This document shows, in pieces, positions 13,201 through 26,300 of a DNA stretch of 64,000 nucleotides. The DNA is from Adineta vaga (taxonomy: Eukaryota > Animalia > Rotifera). The first letter of the stretch is position 1. Each line of letters starts with the position of its first letter. Under the pieces are notes generated by a model. It had not been told where the DNA came from. It did no database searches and saw only the letters and a list, made by a program, of their open reading frames with translations. The position numbers and the translations under genes were made by a program. Location of the stretch: NCBI GenBank assembly GCA_021613535.1, contig CP075496.1, positions 7,192,001 to 7,256,000 on the forward strand, given 5' to 3'.

Positions 13201-16200
13201 TTGAAATAAGTGTAAATCATTCCGGTCGTAATATTCCTAATCAAGTTAATCCTATTGGTAATAGTCGTTTCGAAGTTCATTTTACTCCGCAAGAAGCATC
13301 AATACATTATTGTAATGTGTTATTCAATGGCGAATCTGTTCCAGGTAAATAACGTTAAGAAAAAAAAACGATTAAGTTAACAATCGATCATCGTCATCTA
13401 TAGACTATATTAACAAGATTTTGTGTTTTCAATATGATACAATGGGCTGTCAAAACGAGTTTTTTTCTTCATTGCGATACACGATTAATCTTTTTTAAGA
13501 TATGTTATTAATATTCACCAATTATTATCTATGGTGTTTAGAATAGGTCGTTTTTCTTTTCGTTGAGATATCGTTAGTATTCGACTTTGTTTTGTTACTC
13601 ATATGTGAATGAATGAGAGTACAAACAAAAACTGACGATGCATAGACATGCCATTAGATAGGTGAACGAGAAGAAGAAAAAGAAATGAAATACGGGGGCG
13701 AAGCAAAACGAAGTAAAAAAGACGAAAGTGGACATAAACGTATATATGCAGCTCTCTCAAGCGCATCAACTTTACTGAGCGAGAAAGTGAATGAATGAGT
13801 AAGCGAAACAATTCAATTTTCAATTCATTTCAAATACTATATATATATAGGAAGAAAACATATGCGTGTGTAATGCTTCATGTTGATCAGCCCGTACTTA
13901 ATGGTGACAGGACATCATCCTTGGTTCATTCATCTCCAGGTACATCTCTTAGACATTCTCAGAAGATTAAACACGTTCAAGAGCTTTCTCCTTCTTCATT
14001 ATTATACGTCAAACAAAAAGAAAGAAAGAAAGAAAGAAAACGAAAAGTCAACGCATAAGAAATCGAATGTTATGTGTACACATATTAGCTATAATTATAA
14101 GTAACAATGTGTTGTTGTATTTCGAGTGGTTGTCCATGTAGTTCATGGTTGGATAGAGAATTTTATATCTATGACGATGGTTTCACTGATTATAAACGTG
14201 ATAGACATCACTGTATTTGTTTATTTGGTGTTAAACGATTTGTTTTGTTTTCTCTTATTAAGGAAGTCCATTTGCAGTCAATGTAATGGATACTCAACGT
14301 GTAGTCGTATTTGGAAAAGGTTTAGGATCTGTACCTGTTAATGTTTCGACATCATTTACAATTTTAACACAAAATGCCGGCGTTGGAGAATTGAAATGTT
14401 CAGTTAAAGGTGGAGTAGAATGTTTTTATTTCTTTTCTTGTTATTTAATATATCGGTGATGGTCTCGAGCAATAGTTATTACTATGCATGATCGCTTCTT
14501 TTTTTTTCTTTTGGTATTTTGTTTTTCTAATCTAGCTTAACAGTAATAAAGAAAACTAATTTAACGTAAGTTGAAATTTAAATTTTCTAATAATGATGAA
14601 ACTAAAGGAAATTACTTTTTTTAGATCCTGATGATCATACAGTGTCTTGTGTTGTAACGAAACTGGATACCAGTCGATACGAAGTGTCATATACACCAGA
14701 TGTAGTCGGTAAGTAATCTATATAGTGCAAATTGTACATTACTTTTTGTTTAAAGGTGATTATAAAATCGAAGTTCTTCATAATGATACTCCTGTCGATG
14801 ATAAACCTTATACTGCTCGAGTTTTTGATATAAATAAAGTTATGATTTATGATTTTCCAACATCAGCTATTGTTGATACAGCAACTTATTTTATAAGTAA
14901 TTATATTCAATGATGTAATCTTGTTAAAAGAAAAAGAAAGTCTATGTGATTTTAGTTGATGCAACTGATTCAGGTTCGGGAAATCTCGAAATTGCTGTAT
15001 CAATCAATGAAAAAAATATCCCAAATTATGTTCAAAATGAAGGTGGTGCTCGTTTTCGAGTAAAATTTACTCCCGATCAAAGTGGAATGTATTATATAAA
15101 TATTAAATTCAATGGAATTAATATTCATGGTAAGTTATGTGACAAAGTGAAAAATATAAATGTCGAATAGATTGTTCGTTGAGAAAAAGTTTTTCTAACC
15201 TTTACTGCATATTAGAATAGAATACACCGTAGAGAATTTGATACAAAGAAAGAAAAGAAATGTCCTTTTACATTTGATCATTTTCTCAAAACATAATGAG
15301 ATTCAAGGTTACGTTTTTTTAATTGGTTATACATTTTTGACAAGATCTAATCATAGTAGAAATTCATGTAAAAACGAATGAGTTTTCTATTCAATTTTCA
15401 TAATGTCCTTCTCTATCATTTGTAGTTATTAAAATTTTGAGAAAAATAAGACATCAAGGGCAATATTTCGTTCTTTTTGAAATAATTTCGTTGTTCTTTA
15501 TTTCGTTTCATTTCTTTTTTTAAATTTGTGTATATTTAAAGAAAATTGAAATGTAAGGTCCTTTCTATATAAAAATGATGAAGTACATGTCACGGAGAGT
15601 TGTGGACGGTAGATATACACATATCGATAGGACATTTTCACGGTCCACAAAATGGACTACTACTCGTTTTCTTCTGTCCTTCTCTCGAACATTTATCAAA
15701 TTTTCATTGTTTGGAAAGGCACGATAAACGACACAACTTTCTCCTCTATACTGTAGTAAAAAACTACATTAGCTCAAATTTCATGGCACCGAGAAATACT
15801 CGTAAGCGAGGAGTAACAAATAAAAATTCACCATCAAGATCAGGTAGGACAAGATATTCAAATCATTTTTGATCATTTCGAAAGAATTTAACATGATGGA
15901 ATTGTTTTATTTCACACTATTTTTTTCTCTCATAGGATCTCCTTTTGCATGTAATGTATTTTCAAGTGATTTTATATTTGAAAACTATGAATATGCACCT
16001 ATCAATAAACGCACATCATTCGTACTCAAACCAAAATCGAATTCTGTACTTAATCCCAATCTTTATATTAATATTATTTCTCCATCTGGTCATGAAATTG
16101 AAGGCAAAATTGAAGAAAAATCTTCTAATCTTTGCACGATTCGATTTACTCCAAATGAAATTGGTGATCATCAAATCATCTTCTATAGTGACAAAGATAA

Positions 16201-19200
16201 GAAACTTATTTTAACGAAATTTATCAGTCAAGTATTTGATGCAAGTAAAATTCGTGTCAGTGATTTACCGCCTGCTTTTCCCCATCGACCATATAAATTT
16301 ACTGGTAAATTTTTCCTTTTTTTTACATTTTTATCTTTCTAATCTTTTCAAATAGTTAATACAACCGATGTTGGTGATGGTCATTTATCAATTAAAATCA
16401 AACAAAATGGCAATCGATTAACACTTGAACAAACGCGTCTTAATTCTCATAATTATGAAATCTCGTTCGTACCAGAAACATCGGATGAATGTATACTTTC
16501 AATATTATTCAATGGTGATGATGGTTGTAAGTATATGGACCGATAGATTTTATGATAAAATATCTTTCGTATAATTATTTTCGATAGCAAATATTATTCG
16601 TAAAGTAACGCCTATTCTCAATTGGATAGAAGAGGAGGAGGAGGAGGAGAAGGAGGAGGAGACGGATCGTATAGGATATAAACTATTGTGACAGATATGA
16701 ATGTCATATTCACCTGTCATGATAAGTTTTCAATATATTTCGATCAAGGAAAACGTTTATTGAACTTAGTGAAACGTATTTTTTCATCGATCGATACGAT
16801 CAAATCAAATAAAATTACATAATGCAATCTTCATATATCTGTTTTGAATTAGAATATTCTTTTCTTATTACTTCATCATTGCTTATATGATATTTTAATG
16901 TTGGTTTGTCTTTATAGTCGGTACTGTTAAAATACCAGTGATGTCTGAATCAAAAGATGTTCGAGTTGCACATATACCACCTGGTACTGTTGGTAAACCA
17001 ATCACATTTACCGGTAAGTTATATTCTTCTTTATGAATTCAATTGATTGACTCGCTGTCTATATTTCAAATATATTAGTTGATGTTAATGAAGCAAAACC
17101 TCTCAATATTCTTGTAACTGAATCTCATGGTGGTCGTGTTATTCCACATATGATTATTCCACTTTCTCATGATAAAAAACGTTCACAAGTAACATTTACA
17201 CCATTAGTTGCTCGTCAACATACAGTATCAATAAGTTATAATGATCAACCTATGTCAAGTTATCATGTTGATGTATTTGATATTAATAAAATACGTGTTA
17301 GTTCAATTGAAGATGGTGTTATTGGTACACCATTAGTTTTCACTGTTGATACACATGGAGCTGGTGAAGGTCATCTTGAAGTAACAATCAGCGATGGCAA
17401 ACGTACTTTACCAGCTGAATTGAAAAGTATTCATGCACGAAAATTTGATATTGGTTTTCTACCTGAAACAACTGGAAAATATATGATAACAATTGCATTT
17501 AATGGAATACCAGTTGAAGGCAGTCCATTTATTATACAAATTCATGCATCGTCAACATCAGCAAGTGATAAAGAGAGTATAGAAGGACAATTAGGTGAAG
17601 AAGAAGATGATGGAGAAGATCAAGAAGAAGAAGAGGAAGAAGAAGAAGAAGCAGAGGAAGCAGAAGAGGAAGAAGAGGATGAAGAGGATGAAGAAGAAGA
17701 AGAAGAGGAGGAGGAGGAAGAAACTGGTGAACATGAGTTTTTAATTGGTGGTCAATTAGAAGGAACCAAAGTTGGTGAACTTGCTTGGTTAATTTGTGAT
17801 ACACCACTGAGTGAAATCTACGAAGATTTTGATCTTTTCGTTACTGGTATACTTCTTTTTTTCTATTTATCGTTATTCTTCAAACAAATTTCTGTTTATT
17901 CTTTAGATCCTGATCAACATACTATTAAACATACTCGAATCCAAGATTCTGGTGGTCGATGGCGTGTAGAATTTGAACCAATTAAATCTGGTATTCATCA
18001 AATTCAAACAAATGTTAATGGTACCGATGAATCACCTCTTATATTGGCTTCCATGGATATCTTACCAGCAAATTATCAACGAACAATTGAAGGTGAAAGA
18101 ATCATTCATCCAAATGTACTCAATTATATTACAATTAATTCTACTAATGAAAACTTAAAATTTCGATTAAGACGTAAGATGGATTTTGTTAATTTCATCT
18201 GTCTGAAAATTTCATTAAATATAAATTTGTAGGTTCAAATGGAGATGACATACCTGTGGGTCTTGATAAAGATACATTGGAATGGAAACTTTATTGTACA
18301 CTTGCTGAAACTGGTAAGATCAAAAGAAAGTCTTTGTTAATCTAGTTTGATTTTCGTTGATAGATTATTATCAGTTGAATATAAATGATCATGGTGATGA
18401 ACAAATATTTGATATTCATTGTGTAAGTGAAGAAACAGATATATTTCGTAATGGTGGTATTGAAGATATTACTCGTTTAATTGTTGATGAAAGTAAACTG
18501 AATGGAAGTGATGTCAATGTCATTGTTAAAGGTAAAAGATAAATACAAATCATTGTTTTGTTTTAAATGTAATGTATGATTCTTTGTAGATCCATTTGCT
18601 CACACCATTCCAGCTGCATTTTATCGAAATTTCAATCGAGATTTGATTATTGAATATGTACCAACAAAATTAGGTAAGATATAAACGAAACGAAAGCAAA
18701 CGCAATAGACATAAATATCTTATTTGATTTATTTAGATATTCATGAAGTATTTATTCGTACACATAATAATCTTCTTGATATTTGTCCTATTCGTATAAT
18801 GTCATTTGGTGCAAATAGTCCATTTGAACCAGTATTACGTGTACAAGTCAAAGAAGTTCTTCAACATACATTCGAAAGCGTTATTGATAATGTTGATAAA
18901 ATACAAATTGATATCATTGGTAAGAAAATATCAACAGAACTATGGAGAGAAATTTTTGTTTTTTTAGATTCCTTCGAAAGACCATTACCATTTCAACGTT
19001 CTACGAATGAAGTTGGAGAATTAACTGTTGCTCTATCACCCGTTCGTGTTGGTAAGTTATTTCATAATCATTGCATTCAACTTCAGATATTCAATTAATT
19101 CTATATTCTTTTTTTCAAGGAACTCATTGGATTCGTGTTTCAAATAATGATAGTAAAAATTTTGCGATTATTACCTATCTTTGCATATGATGATGATTAT

Positions 19201-22200
19201 GTTCCACTTTCTCCAATTGTCACTCCATCACCAGAAGATAAAAAAGGCAAACCAAAATCCTCAAAAAATCTAAATCACAATCATAACAATAATAATAATA
19301 ATACAGGATTCGACAAATTCATTCCACTTGTCACGGGCAAAGATCTGACCACAATTAGTGAAACAACTGAAACAACTTCATCACGAACATCATCAGCAAC
19401 ATCATCGGAATTACCACCACCACCATCACCTGCAAAAGATCTTTTAACAAGTCATTCTCCAGTTTCTTCGATTGCATTTCCAAAAGCACCTCCATCAGAC
19501 GGTCGTATAAGTCCTGAAGTACAAGTCTTAGATATAACTGATCTAAACGATCCAGGCGTTGGAATTGTATCAAAATTTAGTTTCAAAGATGCAGATAATA
19601 AATTCACTATAACAATATTTGGTAAATCATATAGATTTTGAGAAGTACAACAAAATCTCTACCTTCTCTTGTTTTTATAGATACTAATGGAAATACACTC
19701 AATTACAGAACGGAATATCTTCTCGATGGACGAAAACAAATTTTTTATGAACCTACTACTGTCGGTATGTTAACGTTTGATATGATTAAGGGAGAAATAG
19801 AACTTACAGAGTAGATTGTGATTTCTAAGACGCTATAGATTATAGAACAGTATTTACATTGTACCTGTTGGAATGTTTATTTTAGGACCTGTTGAAATTC
19901 ATATTTCGAAAGAAAAAGAACCAATTAATGGTAGTCCACTGATAGTACATGCATTTGATCCTTCTGCAGTCTACCTAATGGATTTTCCTGATAAACTTCA
20001 ATTAAATACCATCAATCGATTTATTATCAATCCAACAAAAGCTGGAAAAGGATCATTAAAAATTGCTGTTAAAGGTCTGAATCATATTTTATTATAAATA
20101 TCATGAAATTCATGTTGAATACTTTTTCTAGATCCAAATAATCGAAGTGTACCTATTACTGTTCTCAAACGATCAAATGGTCATGTTGCAGTTGAATTTA
20201 AACCTACAATATTAGGTAAATTTATCAGAGAAGATTCGAATATTTTTTCTGAATTATGTCTCTCTAGGTTCATATACAACCTCGATACTATTCAATCGTA
20301 TACCAATACCTGAAACACCACTTCGAGTAGCAGTTGAATCAAAAGAAACAATCAGAATATCCGAAGAACCTATTCCACCACGTAAGTCTTCGACGAATGA
20401 ACCATTCGATTATTTGTACAAAAATTTTGCATCATTGTCTCATGATCGTTTAGCACCTATAATCGGAAATGCGACACCAGTTGATGAAATTGAATTGCGA
20501 GGTCGTGTTCAAAATCCCAAACCATTGGAACGTGAAAGACCACGTTCAGTATCATCTCAAACAACATTTGATCCTATCAATGCACGTTTATCAAAATCTA
20601 ATGAAAATATTACTCAAGCTGTATCTCAAAAAACACCAACATTTGTCGAACAACAACGTGCACAACGTGTGACCAGATCTGAAGATCGTCATTCCTCAGC
20701 ATCTGTTACAACACCATTAAACGATGTACAAATTCAACGATTTAGTTTATTAAAAGAAAAATTTGAACGTCAACAACCTATTGATACTGTATTCGGTAAG
20801 TTTGAATTCTTCATTACTTTTACATGAGACAAAGTCGATTCGATTTCTGTAAAAACAAAAACTAATCTTCGTAGTTGTTTCTTTCGGTAAGCAACTGATC
20901 TTGAAATTAGTAGAATATGATTGGTTTTATTTATCATATAAGAAAATATGCCTATTTTATGCTTCATTTGCGAGGCTAAAATTACTGGTATCAAATAAAG
21001 ATACATAGCGATAATAGATACGTTCGGTAACTAGTAATTGCAGATTGACAAAAACAAGTCCGTCCTTGATCAAAAGATTTTAAAATTATGATACTATCTG
21101 TCCTCACAAGACATTTTTGGCCTATTTTTTAATGAATTTATCATTTGAAAATATCGATCAGATTGGTTTATCTTCATGAAAAATATCTTTCCTATTTTTT
21201 TCTCAAAATCCTTATAGATTCTCGTCGATATCCATTCAAAGTCTTTTTACAACATCCCTATCCATTAACTAATGTTGATATACATCTTTTAAGTACGTAA
21301 AAGAAAAAGAATCATCTATGAAAAAGAGAATATTCATAACTTTGTATGTAATAATTAGTTGATCTTCCTCATATTGCATATGTACATGTGACAATCAATG
21401 GTACGGAGATACCTCTTCAAGCAGCTCGGCGAAATGATGATACATTCTTACTCAAATTTCGACCAGTTCTTGCTGGAGATTATTCAATTATATTAAAAGA
21501 TTTTCTTGAACAACCAATTCCTGGTAAAATTCTATCGATTGATTGTTTCATTCATTCTTATCTAAGTTCCTTTCAGGTTCTCCATTCATCTTTCCTGTGT
21601 ACAATCCAAGTAGTGTTCATTTCGAAGCATCAAGTCGTTTACAATCCATCAATGATTGTCATTTGATTTGTATGAAGAATTGTTTCGAATATATTTCCAG
21701 TAATTTCATTCCTGTTTCCTTTTTTTCCTTCTTAGGTAATATTGATAAAGCTGGTCCTGGTAAATTCTTTGTAATGGTTTATTCTCAAATTGAAGAAAAT
21801 CAATTTCAACCAATAATTATACCAATTCATATTCATCCACTTCCATCGAATAATATTCGTATTTCAATATCACCACCAAAAATTGGCACTTATCGAATTT
21901 ATACAGCCTACCGAAATATCCCAATTAACGGTAAGTGATGTGTTCTAATGTTAGTTTTATTTTCAATTATATTCGTCTATTGAAATCGTTCATCAAAAGA
22001 TGATATTTTTGATCATAAACAAAACGTGAATAAGTTGAACATTTGTGTGTAAAGAGAAAAACACTCGAGAAAAGAAAGTAAAATGTAATCAATTAGTTAA
22101 GCAAAACTTTCTATATAGATAAATTATATGTCTATAGAATATTTGATTATAGATACGAAGAAAAGAGAACTGTCTTCAGAGCTTGACGAATTGAAAAATT

Positions 22201-23299
22201 GAACTTATTGTGTTTGATCGTGAAAAGTTTTACCTATATGTTAACGAAGACAAAATGATTGAGAGGAAGCAATGAATACAATGATTGATCTCTGTTTGAC
22301 CAACGCATAAAAATGAAAATGAAGAAAAGAATAACGAAAGCGTACATCGATAATTTTTTGGCCCTTTTTTTCTTCTTCTTCTTCTTCTTCTTCGTCTTCT
22401 GATCGTGTATACGTGTGTATATATGGTATACGTTTCAAATGTGTGTTGCTCGCTCATGCATGCACTTTTGTTCGATCGATCGAACGGAACAAACCCTTTT
22501 TTTACTCTTCTCTTGCTCGTCCAAGCTGCAAGTAATCTGACGAGGAAAGAAGACACCTGTATATGAGTGACTATATGTATGCATACACGTCCATATTCTT
22601 TCGCCACTTTTTCGATGGTATAGCGTTTAATTAAAAACGACAACTTGCTTCTCATTGCCATCATTCATTTTGTCGAAATAATTGTACCGTCATTATCGGT
22701 AAACAAACAACAACTAGTTATATTTCATACAAACAAAGACAAAAATGAATAATGGTAGACAAGAACATCTAAGTAAATCTCGAACAACTTATCGAAATCT
22801 TCATCAACCACAAAGTCCAACCATGTTATCAACAAAAACGAAAATCGAAACAAAATTAGCAGCCAGTGAAGATAGCGATGATGATAGTACATTACCAACG
22901 TTTGTCAACCGTTTCTTTTTTCCTAAGAACACAACTACAACAACAAAATCAACACCAACTTCACCTTCAAATGATACTGGCATGTTTCGTGCTATACGTG
23001 GACAAGTTATCATTCATCATGATCATGATCGATCATCAAAAGTTCAACGTGAAGAAGATGTTGACGAAGATGATGAAGAAGAAGAACTTGAAAATCTTCC
23101 TGTTAGTCGTTCGAATGTGGGCAATTATGAATTACATTATGACGTTGATAATCCTTTGGAAATATCATGTTCAATGTCACTTTCATCGGCAGAAACAATT
23201 TCTGATCATTCACCATCGCCTACTCGACATACATCATCAATAAATGTTGATGAAAATAGTTCGAATATCAAACGTGAACATACACCGCTTGGACCATCC

Positions 23300-23334
<35 letters not shown>

Positions 23335-26300
23335 CGAGGATGATGGTGGAGACACACCATCACCAATATTAAGTGATAATAATCTGCTTGAGAAAAACGC
23401 GATTGATCATGATAATATCAAAGAACAAGATGAGAAATTACGAACCTTTCGTGGTTGGCACTTATCGATGCTTAAACAGATCGATGAAAAATTACGAGAA
23501 ATTGAACTTGAAACAGTCAATATTCCGACAACAATTACAACTAATACTACCACACCGCTACTACTACTACTACTCACAATACTGTAACAACACCAACACC
23601 AACACCACCGATAGAAACCAAAAAACCTATCATTAAATCGATAACAAATAAGAAAAAAGTACTTCGTCCAACAATTCGTCGACGTTTTGAAACAACAAAT
23701 ATTAAACGCCATCATTCACCTGTTCCTCAAATTAAAATCAGTACCTATCGCTCACGTACACCATCTGTCGAACGAGAATCTCGTACTCTAGTAATCAATT
23801 TACCACCATCCTCATCCTCATCCTCATCATCGTCAACTTCAGATAATGAACAAGACTTTCCACCACCACCAGCACCATCCGAACCAATACATATTCGTAT
23901 CGTTCAAAGTCCAAGTCATCCTCTATGTCAACGTTCACAAAGTACTGAACGTTTAATTTTACGTGATCAAGGTGCACAAACCGAACCATTTAATAGTTCA
24001 AATGGTTTCATTGATCATCGATCTATACGTCCAGCAAGCGTTGAATGTGATCGAATACAACCGACACGTTCATTGACCCGTGCACAAAGTAATCAATTTC
24101 TTCAGCAACATCATCATCAACAACAACAAGATCAACAATTAAATCAACTAAAGCAACATCCACCGCATCCTCATTTTCATCAACAACAGCAACAACAACA
24201 ACAACAGAATAATTCACCAGCAAGTGAACAAATCAAATTCTATAGTTTACGTAGTCGTAATGTACGAGCACGACCTAGTATTGTCACTCAATCACCAATG
24301 CAAATACCTCAATTACCACCAACACGTCCTGTTCAACCACATCGATCAGTATCTGTTGAAAAGAAACAACCACCACAACCTAAACCACAACCAAAACCAA
24401 CAAATGTTCCACCACCTGTATCTGCTGATCCATCTGTATATTCAGATGATTATGGACATGTCACTCAAATGGATACGAGAAATTTAGGATCATTGGTTGA
24501 CAAAGTTTTCGATGATATCTATCAAGACAAACCGTCAGATTTCTATCGAGATTATAGACAACTTTTAAATGATATTCAAGTTCGATTTAGTATGGTTTCT
24601 TCGGTTGAACAACCGAATAATGTGTTTCAACATCAACATCATCGCCCTCCCCCACCACCACCCTCATCTGTACCAACACCTCAACCTCAACCTCCACCTC
24701 CAACTATTTATCGACCAGCACCAGCACCGCCCCCGCCTCCGCCACCACCATCATCAATGAAACCAACTCTTACTGATTATCCACGCGTTCTTAAAGCATC
24801 ATCATCACAAGCTCGTCTGTGTGACACTCTTATCTATATTCCGAATCCTCGCTGATTCTTTTTGTTTTGTTTTCTTTTTATTTTAATATATCATATGTAT
24901 AGGCCTTGTTGTGATTTGTTATGTTTTCTCGCTAGATGTCAAATGTCAGGATCAGGGAGGGGGGAAGTTTCTTGTTTTATCATTAATGAGGGCGAAAGGA
25001 TATTTTTCATCGATGTTTGATTTCAAAAGAATCGTATCTATATACATACGCACATACGCATAGATTGATTACATCATTGATATCTTATGAATGACTCTTT
25101 ATTTGACAGGTACGCCAATTGATGTGACCGTTTATGACATTCAGCGTATATCGATTATCGCCGAACACAGTCAACCTGTCGTCGTACGAACAACCGTTGC
25201 TTATAAAGGTAAATCTATATACACATAGTTCAATGTAAATGCTTATCTAACGAGAGAAAATCTCGTTTTTTTTCTACTTTAGTAAACACCAGTCAAGCTG
25301 GTCAAGGTCAATTGAAAGTTGAATTAATTCAACCACAAACATCGAAAATTCCATGTCGATGTCATATACAAGAAATCAATGCTCATGAATATCTCGTTCA
25401 ATATATTCCACTTGAACCTGGTCGTTATCAATTACGTGTATTATTCAATAATCAACTTGTTCAAGGCAAAACTCTTGATATTGATGTTCATTCTTCTTTA
25501 CCACAAATATCGAAAACTTCTGGAACATCTTCAACTGTTCGTATACAACAGATTATTCCAAGTGCAACTCCTGATATTGGTGATGATATTTGTTTACAAA
25601 GTAAAATCATATTTTCCATTAAAAATAAATTATTTCAATACATTTTCATGTTTTTGTGTTATAGTCAATACAGAAAATCCTTCACTGACATCAATTCAAG
25701 GCCATATTTCATGTAATGGCATGTCTGTTCCACATAAAATTGAGCGCACAAAAGATTCAACAATTTGGCATTTGAAATTTCGTCCATATGTACCTGGAAC
25801 TTATAAAGTACATTTGACACATAATAGTTTATCTTTAATCAGTAAGTAAAATGACCTTGAAAGATTTCTCTAAGTCAAAGTTCTAGTTATATATTTGACT
25901 GTCTTAATTCGATAAAATTAGAGTTTTTTTTTAATCGAAATAGAATTGATTTAATCTTTTCGTCCTCGTCTTCTTCTTCTTTGAATCCATCTTATCAATA
26001 TACCTTGAACTCGTTCATCCAAAACGTTGATGTAGTTAGATTCGCATATATTTGTTTATCTAAATATTTATCATAGGTTCACCGTATCTAATTCAAGTCA
26101 AAGATTCAAATGGAAAAGTAGTTCTTTCTGGTCTCGAACAAACTTTATTAACAAATTCTCCATGTGTAATAGAAGGTAAAAAGCATCTAATTTTATTTTT
26201 AATATGAAAAAACAAAAATAGAAGAAATCAAAACATTCTAATTAATATTAGTTCATGCTGAATCAACATCGAAGACACAAATTCAAGCGGTTGTTCTTCT

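Noticed and set aside
17532-17807. Minus-strand Leu/Pro/His-rich ORF, and similar antisense ORFs at 22804-24223
   Set aside because: These are shadows of low-complexity coding tracts on the plus strand.
22230-22664. 144-aa minus-strand ORF with a poly-Arg run
   Set aside because: The run comes from a (CTT)n microsatellite in intronic or promoter-like DNA, and there is no recognisable domain.
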